A stretch of 32,000 nucleotides of DNA from Candidatus Saccharimonadota bacterium (GTDB lineage: Bacteria; Pseudomonadota; Gammaproteobacteria; Enterobacterales; Enterobacteriaceae): assembly GCA_049942775.1 (NCBI GenBank), contig CP188087.1:60001-92000 (forward strand), given 5' to 3'. Positions 1 through 8,041 of the stretch are shown here, one piece after another (position 1 is the stretch's first letter; each line of letters opens with the position of its first letter). A program made the position numbers and the translations under genes. The notes beneath the pieces were generated by a model, which did no database searches, was not told the DNA's origin, and saw nothing but the letters and a program-made list of their open reading frames with translations.

Positions 1-578
1 GCAATTATGGATGTATGTGAAGTTTTTCCTCCTAAATCGGTTATTAATCCTAGTATTTTTTTTGAATTGATTTGTGCTGTTTCAGATGGTGTTAGATCTT
101 TTGCTACTAAAATTACTTTATTTTTTATTTTTTCTAAATTGTGGACATTTATATTAAATAAATTATTTAACAGTCTTAATCCTATATCTCTGATATCAAT
201 TGCTCTATTTTTTAGATATTCATCATCTAATTTTTCTAAATTGTTTGCTTGTTTGTCAATAATTGTTTGAATTGCATAATCAGCTGATTTGTGTTTGTTT
301 TTAATTAATTTAATTATGTCTTGTTCAAATTCCTCATCTTCTAGTAGTAAAATATGACTATCAAATATTTCCTTATTTTTTTTTATTTTATTTTCTGTGT
401 CATTTTTTATTTTTTCTAGTTGTTGTATCGTTTTTGTTCTTGTTTTTAAAAATTTTTTTATTTCTGAGTTTATTAAATCAGGTGAAATATTTTCCTGGTT
501 AATAATTATTTTTTGTTTTTTTAATAAAAATACTTTTCCAAAAGCGATACCTGGTGATGCTAAAATCCCTGAAATCAT
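1..578 (-). CDS. ptsI: PTS enzyme I (PEP-protein phosphotransferase), N-terminal ~192 codons; the gene runs off the left edge
   Basis: Absent from the ORF track because no stop falls in the window. My translation of the minus strand from the ATG at 578-576 gives MISGILASPGIAFGKVFLL...HILLLEDEEFEQDII...LDDEYLKNRAIDIRDIG...VILVAKDLTPSETAQIN...GGKTSHTSII. This is colinear with E. coli PtsI as I recall it, including the GGxTSHT active-site His. It lies directly downstream of ptsH, as in the ptsHI operon. Confidence 0.9.
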   Translation of the reverse strand, partial: MISGILASPGIAFGKVFLLKKQKIIINQENISPDLINSEIKKFLKTRTKTIQQLEKIKNDTENKIKKNKEIFDSHILLLEDEEFEQDIIKLIKNKHKSADYAIQTIIDKQANNLEKLDDEYLKNRAIDIRDIGLRLLNNLFNINVHNLEKIKNKVILVAKDLTPSETAQINSKKILGLITDLGGKTSHTSII

Positions 579-680
579 AACATTACCTTTAACATAATAA
601 CGACGATAATTATTTAAAAATTTTTATAAAAAAATTTTTTTATAAAAATATATAATTTAACATTTTTTTTGTTATTTTAT

Positions 681-938
681 TTATTCTGTTTGTAAAATTA
701 ATTTTTCTAGTTTTTCAATAGCTAATTTTTCATCGTTTCCTTCTGCAGTTAAAATTATTTCGCTATTTTTTACTATTCCTAAAGTTTGTAATTTATATAA
801 ACTTTTTGCATTTACGGATTTTCCTTGAAATATTATATTTATATAAGAATTAAATTTTTTGGCTTCTTTTACTAATTTTGCAGCAGGACGTAAATGCATT
901 CCGTGTTTGAATCTTATTTTTATTTTTTTTTCTAACAT
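681..938 (-). CDS. ptsH: Phosphocarrier protein HPr
   Basis: The 85-aa ORF has the same length as E. coli HPr. It keeps His15 in the context HGMHLRPAA, plus GKSVNAKSLYKLQTLG (Ser46 region) and the C-terminal helix. Confidence 0.95.
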   Translation of the reverse strand: MLEKKIKIRFKHGMHLRPAAKLVKEAKKFNSYINIIFQGKSVNAKSLYKLQTLGIVKNSEIILTAEGNDEKLAIEKLEKLILQTE

Positions 939-1976
939 AATAATTAATCCTAAATTTTATTAATTTTTTTGATTTTTTTTAAATGTTATTAAATTTTTTA
1001 TTTTTTTAAATCGGTTTACATATTAAATAAGTATCTATGAATTAAAAAATTTTTAAATTTCTTAAAATTTTTTTTTTAATAAAAAGGAAGAAACAATTCA
1101 TTTTTTGTTTTTTTGAAACAGTATTATTTTAATTTGAATGAATTTTTAATGTAAGTTTTTTATTTTATGTTTTCTAATATCAATTTTCAATCCCTGTATT
1201 ATTAGAAATATATAATAACTTTAGTTAGATTTAACAACTATTGAATTTATCCATATTTGATTGCAAGTATCTTTCTTTGTGAATTTAATAGATAATTGTA
1301 ATTATTATTCTTATTGATTAGATTGTATAAAAGTATAAATTTTTTCATATATTTTATATTTTATACTAAATTTTAAAAATTATTTTATTTGATGAGAATA
1401 AATTATTTGTCAGAATTTAAATAATTTATATTTGAATAATCTATATATAAATCAATTTACAGATACTTGTATTTGCAATTTTTTAGTAAAAACTATTTTT
1501 TTTTAAATTTTAGAATAATTTTATAATTATGAAAACAATGTTTACTTAAAATTAAATTGTATTTTATTTATATGAATAACTAGTTTGAATGAGTATATTT
1601 TGTACTAAATTATAATTTAGGTTATAGAATTTTGTTTTTTACAGTTAACAATATCAGTTTAATTTATTAATCACTATTAATGGTTTATTATTAAAAATAG
1701 TTTTTTTTTATACTTTTTTGTAAAAAACTGGTTTTTAAATTTTTTATTTAAAATTTTTTACAATGAACTTTTTATATAGAAATCTAATTTTTTATGTATT
1801 TAATTTTTTATAAATAATTTAAAATTATACTGAAGAGAAGTAATGAATTCAATTAATAATTGTAAACTCATTTTTTTAGAAACTAATTTGAAAATTAATT
1901 TAATATTATAAATTTAATTAAAAAAAATATTAAATTATTTGTTATTAAAATATTTTTTGTTTTCAATGTGAATGTT

Positions 1977-3743
1977 ATGAAAAATATAAGAAAAAAAATA
2001 AAAAAAATAGAAAAAAGAATATGCTATCATTCATATTTATATCATACTCTAGACAAACCTGAAATTTCTGATTTAGAGTTTGATTTTTTGGTTGAAAAAT
2101 TAGATAAATTAAAAAAAAAAGTAGGGTTAAAAAAAGATATTTTAAATTTAAATAAAATTGGATCTTCTTTATCTCAAGAATTAAAAACTGTTAAACATTT
2201 AACAAATATGTTGTCGTTAAAGTCTGTAAATTCAATTCAACAATTAGAACGATTTTTTGATAATGTAGATTGTTGTTCAAAAAAAAATAATTTAGAGAAA
2301 CCGTTGTTTTGCTGTGAATTAAAGTTTGATGGAGTTGCTTTAAGTTTAGTTTATAAAAATGGAAAATTAATAAGTGCTGCAACCAGAGGGAACGGGATTA
2401 TTGGTGAAAATGTTATTCATAATGTTTATAAGATAAAATCAATTCCGAATGAATTAATAGGAAAAAATATTCCTAAATTACTAGAAATTCGTGGAGAAGT
2501 GATTATTTATAAAGATGATTTTATAAAATTAAACAAAAATTTTTCTAATAAAAAAATTCAGCATTTTTCTAATACTAGAAATACTGCAGCTGGTTTTTTA
2601 AGACAATTAAATCCAATAACATCAAAAATAAGAAAGTTATCATTTTATTGTCATAGTATTGGATTTCATACTCCAATCGTAAAATTTTCAAATAGTCACT
2701 TTTATTTTTTAAAACTTTTAGATTCTTGGGGATTACCTGTTTATAAATTAAGAAAATTATGTGCTTCTGTTGAAGAAGTACTTTCTTTCTATAAAAAAAT
2801 AAAAAAAGACAGATCTTTTTTAAAATTCGACATTGATGGAATTGTTATCAAAACTGATTCAATTAGTTTACAAAAACAATTAGGTATTTCTTCTAAATTT
2901 CCTAAATGGTCAATAGCTTATAAATTTCCATCTAAGAAACAGATAACAAGAATAATGGATATTAACTTTAATGTAAGTAGAACAGGGTCAATTATTCCAG
3001 TTGCTAAATTATTTCCAGTTTTTATAAATGGAGTAAAAATAAAAAAAGTATCTTTGTATAATCAAAATAAAATGGAAAAATTTGGTTTTTGTATAGGAGA
3101 TGTAGTTACTATTTGCCGTTCTGGAGATGTTATTCCAAAGATAATTGATATTAATATGGAATACAGGACTAAAAATAATTTAAAACCAGTTAAATTTCCT
3201 ACCAATTGTCCATCTTGTAGATCTGAAATTAAAAAAAGCTCTAGAGACAATATCTTAAGATGTTTTTCTGGATTTCAATGTATTTCGCAAAGAGAAAGAA
3301 TGTTAATTCATTTTTTTTCGAAGAATTCAATATATATACGTGGTTTTGGAAAAAATTTAATAAAACAATTAGTTAAAAAAAATGTTATTTTCAGTCCAGT
3401 GGATGTTTTTAATTTAGATCATCACAGTTTTTCAAATATAAATCGTTTTGGAAATGTTTTAATTAAGAAATTACTACATGAAATATCTAATTCTAAAGAA
3501 ATTACGCTGTCTTGTTTTTTATATTCATTTGGAATAAAAGAAATAGGAAAAATTATTTCAATTAATTTATCATCTTATTTTAAGAATATAGATAATATAT
3601 TAAATGCAAAATTTGAAGATCTGTTATTAGTTAAAAAAGTAGGTAAAAAAATTGCTAATAATTTTTTAATTTATATAACAAAAAAGAAAAATATAGAAGT
3701 TATTCGTTCTTTATTGAAAATACTTAAAATTAAAAGTGATTAA
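1977..3743 (+). CDS. ligA: NAD-dependent DNA ligase LigA, C-terminally short (no BRCT domain)
   Basis: The ORF track starts at GTG 1968. The ATG at 1977 gives MKNIRKKIKKIEKRICYHSYLYH, which aligns residue-for-residue with the E. coli N-terminus (HEYLYH at 18-23). It has the adenylation motif CELKFDG, the four Zn-finger Cys (CPSC...C....C) and an HhH region. The protein ends at ~588 aa, about where the E. coli BRCT domain begins. Confidence 0.93.
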   Translation: MKNIRKKIKKIEKRICYHSYLYHTLDKPEISDLEFDFLVEKLDKLKKKVGLKKDILNLNKIGSSLSQELKTVKHLTNMLSLKSVNSIQQLERFFDNVDCCSKKNNLEKPLFCCELKFDGVALSLVYKNGKLISAATRGNGIIGENVIHNVYKIKSIPNELIGKNIPKLLEIRGEVIIYKDDFIKLNKNFSNKKIQHFSNTRNTAAGFLRQLNPITSKIRKLSFYCHSIGFHTPIVKFSNSHFYFLKLLDSWGLPVYKLRKLCASVEEVLSFYKKIKKDRSFLKFDIDGIVIKTDSISLQKQLGISSKFPKWSIAYKFPSKKQITRIMDINFNVSRTGSIIPVAKLFPVFINGVKIKKVSLYNQNKMEKFGFCIGDVVTICRSGDVIPKIIDINMEYRTKNNLKPVKFPTNCPSCRSEIKKSSRDNILRCFSGFQCISQRERMLIHFFSKNSIYIRGFGKNLIKQLVKKNVIFSPVDVFNLDHHSFSNINRFGNVLIKKLLHEISNSKEITLSCFLYSFGIKEIGKIISINLSSYFKNIDNILNAKFEDLLLVKKVGKKIANNFLIYITKKKNIEVIRSLLKILKIKSD

Positions 3744-3755
3744 TAGTTTTATTTA

Positions 3756-3828
3756 TGGGCTGTGCAGGATTTGAACCTGCGACCAATTGATTAAAAGTCA
3801 ACTGCTCTACCAACTGAGCTAACAACCC
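3756..3828 (-). tRNA. lysV: tRNA-Lys (anticodon UUU)
   Basis: The reverse complement GGGTTGTTAGCTCAGTTGGTAGAGCAGTTGACTTTTAATCAATTGGTCGCAGGTTCAAATCCTGCACAGCCCA folds as a cloverleaf. The acceptor stem is GGGTTGT/ACAGCCC and the anticodon loop is CTTTTAA. It is near-identical to E. coli tRNA-Lys. No 3' CCA is encoded. Confidence 0.92.
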
Positions 3829-3840
3829 TAATTTATTTTT

Positions 3841-3913
3841 TGGGCGATGACGGAATTGAACCGCCGACATCCTCCGTGTAAAGGAGGCGCTCTACCACCT
3901 GAGCTAATCACCC
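3841..3913 (-). tRNA. valU: tRNA-Val (anticodon UAC)
   Basis: The reverse complement is GGGTGATTAGCTCAGGTGGTAGAGCGCCTCCTTTACACGGAGGATGTCGGCGGTTCAATTCCGTCATCGCCCA. The acceptor stem is GGGTGAT/ATCGCCC, the anticodon stem CCTCC/GGAGG and the loop TTTACAC. It lies upstream of tRNA-Lys, as in the E. coli valU...lysV operon next to gltX. No CCA is encoded. Confidence 0.92.
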
Positions 3914-3933
3914 TTAGTTGTAACTGATCTTCT

Positions 3934-3961
3934 ATTTTAAGGATTACAAAGAAGTAGTCAA
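3934..3961 (-). promoter_or_regulatory. Candidate sigma70 promoter for the tRNA-Val/tRNA-Lys operon
   Basis: The minus strand reads TTGACT (3961-3956), a 16-nt spacer, then TAAAAT (3939-3934). An A-tract precedes it, and the -10 hexamer ends 20 nt upstream of the tRNA-Val 5' end. AT-rich DNA produces -10-like hexamers by chance, but TTGAC is rarer. Confidence 0.45.
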
Positions 3962-4062
3962 TCTTTTTTTTTAAAATTTCAAAATATAATTTTTTTTAAA
4001 AAATATTTTTTAATTAGTTTTTAATTAAAAATATAACTTTTAATTGATTGGAATCATATAAT

Positions 4063-5466
4063 ATGCAAGTTAAAACTCGTTTTTCTCCCAGCCCTACCGG
4101 AATTTTTCACATAGGAGGAGCAAGAACAGCTCTATATTCTTGGTTATTTGCCAAACGATACAATGGAAAATTTTTACTTCGAATAGAAGATACGGATATA
4201 AATAGATCTAATAGTCTTTATAACAACTCTATTATGAAAGGTTTGAAATGGTTGAATTTAAATTGGGATGAAGGACCTTATTTTCAGAGTAGTCGTTTAG
4301 CTCGTTATAACTACATAATTAAATTAATGTTAGAAAATAAAATGGCTTATAAATGTTACTGTTCGACTGAAAGATTATTAAATTTAAGAAAAAAACAAAT
4401 TATATTAGGTAAAAAACCGAAATATGATGAAAAATGCAGAAATATACCAGATGATTATTACGATTCAAATCTTTCGCATGTAGTTAGATTTTGTAATCCA
4501 AAAAGAGGAAAAGTTGTTTTTTTAGATCAAGTTAGAGGCAAAATTGAATTTTGGAATGATGAACTAGATGACTTAATAATAAAAAGATCAAATGGTCTTC
4601 CGACGTATAATTTTTCAGTAGTAATTGATGATTATGATATGAAAATTACTCATGTTCTCAGAGGTGAAGAACACATAAATAACACAGTTAGACAAATCAA
4701 TATTTTACAAGCTTTAGAAAAAGAAGCTCCTGTTTATGCCCATTTATCAACGATTTTAAATCATAATGGAAAAAAAATTTCTAAAAGAGATAAAGATAGT
4801 TTTTTTGATGTTTTAGAATATAAAAAATTAGGATTTTTTCCAGAAGCTGTAGTCAATTATTTGCTAAGATTAGGTTGGTCCCATGGAAATCAAGAAATAT
4901 TCACGATTAAAGAAATGAAAAATTTTTTTTCTTTAAAAAAAATAACTAAATCATCTAGTTTATTTGATAAAAAGAAATTACTATGGATCAATAAACGTTA
5001 TATGAATATTTTATCAAAATCGGATATAATCAATGAATTAAAAAATTTTTATTTGAAACAAACAATTGACATTAACAACGGTCCAAACATAAAACAAGTA
5101 TTTGATTTAATGAAAAATAGATGTTCAACTTTAACAGATATAGTAGAATCTTCTCGTTTTTTTTATGAGGAGTTAGTTATTGATTATAAAAAGTTAAAAG
5201 ATCATATTAATATTAAAAATATTTTTGTATTAAAATTTCTTTTAAAAAAAATAATTTTTTTAAATGACTGGACAGTAGAACAGTTGTCTAAATTACTTAA
5301 ATTTTGTTCATTTCAATTAGGAATATCGTTTAATACGGTTGGAAAAATAATTAGATTGTCTTTGACTGGAAAAGAACATGCTCCATGTATTACAAGTATA
5401 CTATATCTTCTTGGAAAAAAGAAATGTATTCTGAGAATTAAAAATTCTATTAAAATCTTTGAATAG
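4063..5466 (+). CDS. gltX: Glutamyl-tRNA synthetase
   Basis: The ORF track starts at TTG 4048. The ATG at 4063 gives [27 protein letters not shown], matching E. coli [27 protein letters not shown]. It has the HIGG motif, a KISKR (KMSKS-type) motif and the AYKCYCS...KC Zn-site region. Length is 467 aa versus about 471 in E. coli. Confidence 0.95.
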   Translation: [467 protein letters not shown]

Positions 5467-5554
5467 AGTTTTTTTATATGAATAGAATTTTTTTGTGATT
5501 TATAAAAATGTTTTTTAAAATTTAAAATGTTTTTCAAGTTTTTAAAATTTTAAA

Positions 5555-5583
5555 TTGACATATTTAGTTTTTTTAATTATAAA
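5555..5583 (+). promoter_or_regulatory. Candidate sigma70 promoter for tRNA-Ala
   Basis: TTGACA (5555-5560), a 17-nt spacer, then TATAAA (5578-5583). It sits about 48 nt upstream of the tRNA 5' end. The leader contains a 7-bp hairpin, GTTAAAG/CTTTAAC. Confidence 0.4.
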
Positions 5584-5631
5584 ATTTATAATTGTTAAAG
5601 GTTTTATCTTTAACATATTTAAAATTAAAAG

Positions 5632-5705
5632 GGGGTAGTAGCTTATTTTGGAAAAGCATTTGCATGGCATGCAAAAGATTAGCGGTTCGAATCCGCTCTA
5701 CTCCA
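5632..5705 (+). tRNA. alaX: tRNA-Ala (anticodon GGC)
   Basis: The sequence is GGGGTAGTAGCTTATTTTGGAAAAGCATTTGCATGGCATGCAAAAGATTAGCGGTTCGAATCCGCTCTACTCCA. The acceptor stem GGGGTAG/CTACTCC carries the G3:U70 alanine identity pair. The anticodon stem-loop TTGCA-TGGCATG-CAA matches the E. coli tRNA-Ala(GGC) pattern. No CCA is encoded. Confidence 0.9.
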
Positions 5706-5722
5706 AATGTTTTTTTAACAAT

Positions 5723-5772
5723 GTTCACTACTAATTAATTTCTTAATTTACTAACTAAATTGAGTAGTGAAC
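5723..5772. repeat. Inverted repeat between convergent tRNA-Ala and fliE (possible transcript-end or processing hairpin)
   Basis: GTTCACTACT (5723-5732) pairs perfectly with AGTAGTGAAC (5763-5772). A further AATT/AATT pairing follows a 1-nt bulge. No U-tract follows immediately on either strand, so this is not a canonical intrinsic terminator. Confidence 0.35.
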
Positions 5773-5796
5773 GAGTAACATAAATAAAAAAAAATT

Positions 5797-6081
5797 TTAG
5801 ACAGGCATGTTCATAATTTCATGATAAGCAGATACTAGTTTATTTCTAATTTGTACTGCTAATTGCAAAGATAAAGATGATTGTTGTAAATCAATCATTA
5901 TTTTAGGTAAAGAAATATCATTTATTTTATTTAGAAAAGTTTTTTGATTCGAAAAATCATTTTCATTTTGTAATGATAAAATATTTTTTTTAAATTCAGA
6001 ACTGAATTTATTTGAAAGAATAGAAGACTTGTTGAAATTTGGATTTGTGTTTTCTATCATTTTCAGACCTTCAATAAACAT
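5797..6081 (-). CDS. fliE: Flagellar hook-basal body complex protein FliE
   Basis: The C-terminus VQIRNKLVSAYHEIMNMPV matches E. coli IQVRNKLVAAYQEVMSMQV. The ORF track extends to 6165, but I prefer the ATG at 6081 (MFIEGLKMIEN), which is preceded by GAGGT (6090-6086) 4 nt upstream. Confidence 0.85.
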   Translation of the reverse strand: MFIEGLKMIENTNPNFNKSSILSNKFSSEFKKNILSLQNENDFSNQKTFLNKINDISLPKIMIDLQQSSLSLQLAVQIRNKLVSAYHEIMNMPV

Positions 6082-6328
6082 AATTACCTCAACAAAAATA
6101 TTTATGGATTTTTTTTGTATTATACCAGTACACAATATACTAAATAAAGTATTTTTTAAAATCAATGTTGTTTATAATTAATTCGCAAAGATTTTTATCT
6201 AAGAATAGTCTCATTATAGAAATAATTTTTATATGTTTTTTGTGTAAAAATGTTATAAAAATAATTTTCCAAGCATATCTTTTTTCTTGAATAATATTAA
6301 AAGTTTACTTATAAAATAGGAAGATTTC

Positions 6329-8041
6329 ATGAACGTTGGTAAAACAAATAATTTTAATTCAAAGAAATTTATTGAAAATTTTTTTAGTCGTTTTTACATG
6401 AATTCGAAATTAATGCTTATATCGATTTCTTTTTTATTAGCGATTTTTTTTTCTTTATTTTTATGGATTAGGGAAGATTCTTATCAGTTGTTATATGATA
6501 ATTTATCTCAGAAAGATCAGGAAGAAATTGTCCTTCAGTTAACGAAAATGCACATTCCCTATCGTACATCTAAAGGATCTGATGGTATTTTAGTTCAAAA
6601 AAAACAACTATATGAAGTTCGTTTATTATTATCTGAAAAAGGAATTGCTAAAAATATTTCAAATTCAGAATTTGATTTATCAGACGAAAAACAAAATGGA
6701 ATTATTAATTTCTTCTCTGAAGAAAAAAATAATCAATCAATTTTAGAGAAAGAATTAGCTAAAAGCATACTTTTAATTCATGGAATAAAAGATGTAAAAG
6801 TTCATTTATCTCTTCCAAAAGAATCTATCTTTTTAGATGAAAAAAAGAAGATTTCTGCTTCAATTATTTTAACTTTATTTTCAGATAATACTTTAAATAC
6901 TAATCAAATAAATTCAATTACACGTTTTATTTCAAATAGTGTGTCTGGTTTATCTATGAAAAATATTGTTATTTTAGATCAATTTGGTCAATCTTTAAAT
7001 AGAAAGAAAAATGATCTAGATCTAAGTTATAAACGTTTTAATTATATAAACTTCGTAGAAGAAAGTTATAAGTCGAAAATTGAATCAGTCTTATTTCCTA
7101 TGTTAGGAAAAAATAATGTTCATATTCAAGTAAAAGCTAATATTGATTTAAACACAAAAAAAATTAAAGAAAAAAGATATTATCCTAATTTTTATAATCA
7201 GGACAAATCCATTCGATCAGAAGAAGGGACTATTAAATATCAAGATAGTTCTTCAATAATTAACTCGTTACGAAAACAAAAAGATTCAAATGATTTTCAA
7301 AAGAAAAACAAACCGATTGATTCAAAAATTAAACCAGAAGATTTTAAAAATTATGTTTCAAAAAAAAATAGTAGTATTAATTATGAGTTGAGCCATGTTA
7401 CTAAAGATACTCAAATTAATCCTGGTAAAATAAATCAAATTTCAGTTTCCGTTTTGGTAAATAAAGTATTAAATACTTCAGATGGGAAAAAATTTTTTTT
7501 AAATGATAATCATGTAAAAAAAATCAGAGAAGTTATAACTGGAATAATTGGTTTTTCTAAAGAAAGAGGAGATCATATTAATGTTACTAAATCTTTTTTC
7601 TTTAAAGATTCACGAGAAAATAAACGAAAAATACATCCAGTTAATAATTCTTTTTTAAAAAATGATGATAAAGACAATATTTCAATAAATAATACATATT
7701 CATATTTCATTACTTTTTTAATATTCTTAATATTGTTGAATCAATTTAAATTTTTAAAATATAAAAAAAAAATAAATAATTCTAGTGAATCTGATTTAGA
7801 AAGAAATAAAACAGACAAATTAGAGCAATTAGAGAATAACAAATTAGAAACAACAGAAAACAACAAATCAAAAAATATAGAGAACAACAATTTAGATAAA
7901 GACAATAAAAAAAGTATCGATAAAGATATTAAACTTGATGATAAAAAGAAATCTAATGATTCTTTAAAAAAAATGATAGAAAAAAAATCAAAAATCACTG
8001 CTTCAATTATTAAAAAATGGATGAATGGTGATAAATTATGA
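6329..8041 (+). CDS. fliF: Flagellar MS-ring protein FliF
   Basis: The ORF is 570 aa. It has an N-terminal TM segment, then YDNLSQKDQEEIVLQLTKMHIPYR (E. coli: SNLSDQDGGAIVAQLTQMNIPYR). A second TM segment sits near aa 460-475. The C-terminal SIIKKWMNGD matches the E. coli FliG-binding end (VIRQWMSND). The stop overlaps the fliG start (ATGA). Confidence 0.93.
   Translation: MNVGKTNNFNSKKFIENFFSRFYMNSKLMLISISFLLAIFFSLFLWIREDSYQLLYDNLSQKDQEEIVLQLTKMHIPYRTSKGSDGILVQKKQLYEVRLLLSEKGIAKNISNSEFDLSDEKQNGIINFFSEEKNNQSILEKELAKSILLIHGIKDVKVHLSLPKESIFLDEKKKISASIILTLFSDNTLNTNQINSITRFISNSVSGLSMKNIVILDQFGQSLNRKKNDLDLSYKRFNYINFVEESYKSKIESVLFPMLGKNNVHIQVKANIDLNTKKIKEKRYYPNFYNQDKSIRSEEGTIKYQDSSSIINSLRKQKDSNDFQKKNKPIDSKIKPEDFKNYVSKKNSSINYELSHVTKDTQINPGKINQISVSVLVNKVLNTSDGKKFFLNDNHVKKIREVITGIIGFSKERGDHINVTKSFFFKDSRENKRKIHPVNNSFLKNDDKDNISINNTYSYFITFLIFLILLNQFKFLKYKKKINNSSESDLERNKTDKLEQLENNKLETTENNKSKNIENNNLDKDNKKSIDKDIKLDDKKKSNDSLKKMIEKKSKITASIIKKWMNGDKL

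Noticed and set aside
7-597. Plus-strand ORFs 7-270 (87 aa) and 397-597 (66 aa)
   Set aside because: They lie antisense to a clearly homologous ptsI reading frame on the minus strand. Their products are low-complexity Phe/Ile/Ser-rich with no recognisable motifs. They are typical shadow ORFs.
598-680. A/T palindromes (..TTTTTATAAAAAAATTTTTTTATAAAAA..) between ptsH and ptsI, considered as a regulatory hairpin
   Set aside because: These are pure A/T homopolymer symmetry and are indistinguishable from compositional background.
1261-1478. Inverted 9-12-nt match (TTGCAAGTATCT at 1261 versus AGATACTTG..TGCAA at 1461) in the ptsH-ligA spacer, considered as possible terminal inverted repeats of a decayed IS/MITE
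   Set aside because: It is short and imperfect, and matches of this length are expected by chance many times in 1 kb of ~85% A+T DNA. There are no target-site duplication and no transposase remnant.
7741-8041. Repetitive Lys/Asn/Asp/Glu-rich tail of FliF (KTDKLEQLENNKLETTENNKSKNIENNNLDKDNKK...), with the DNA motif CAAATTAGA occurring twice
   Set aside because: It looks like a cytoplasmic linker inflated by AT-bias low complexity rather than a structured tandem repeat or an inserted element. The functional FliG-binding end (SIIKKWMNGD) is intact after it.
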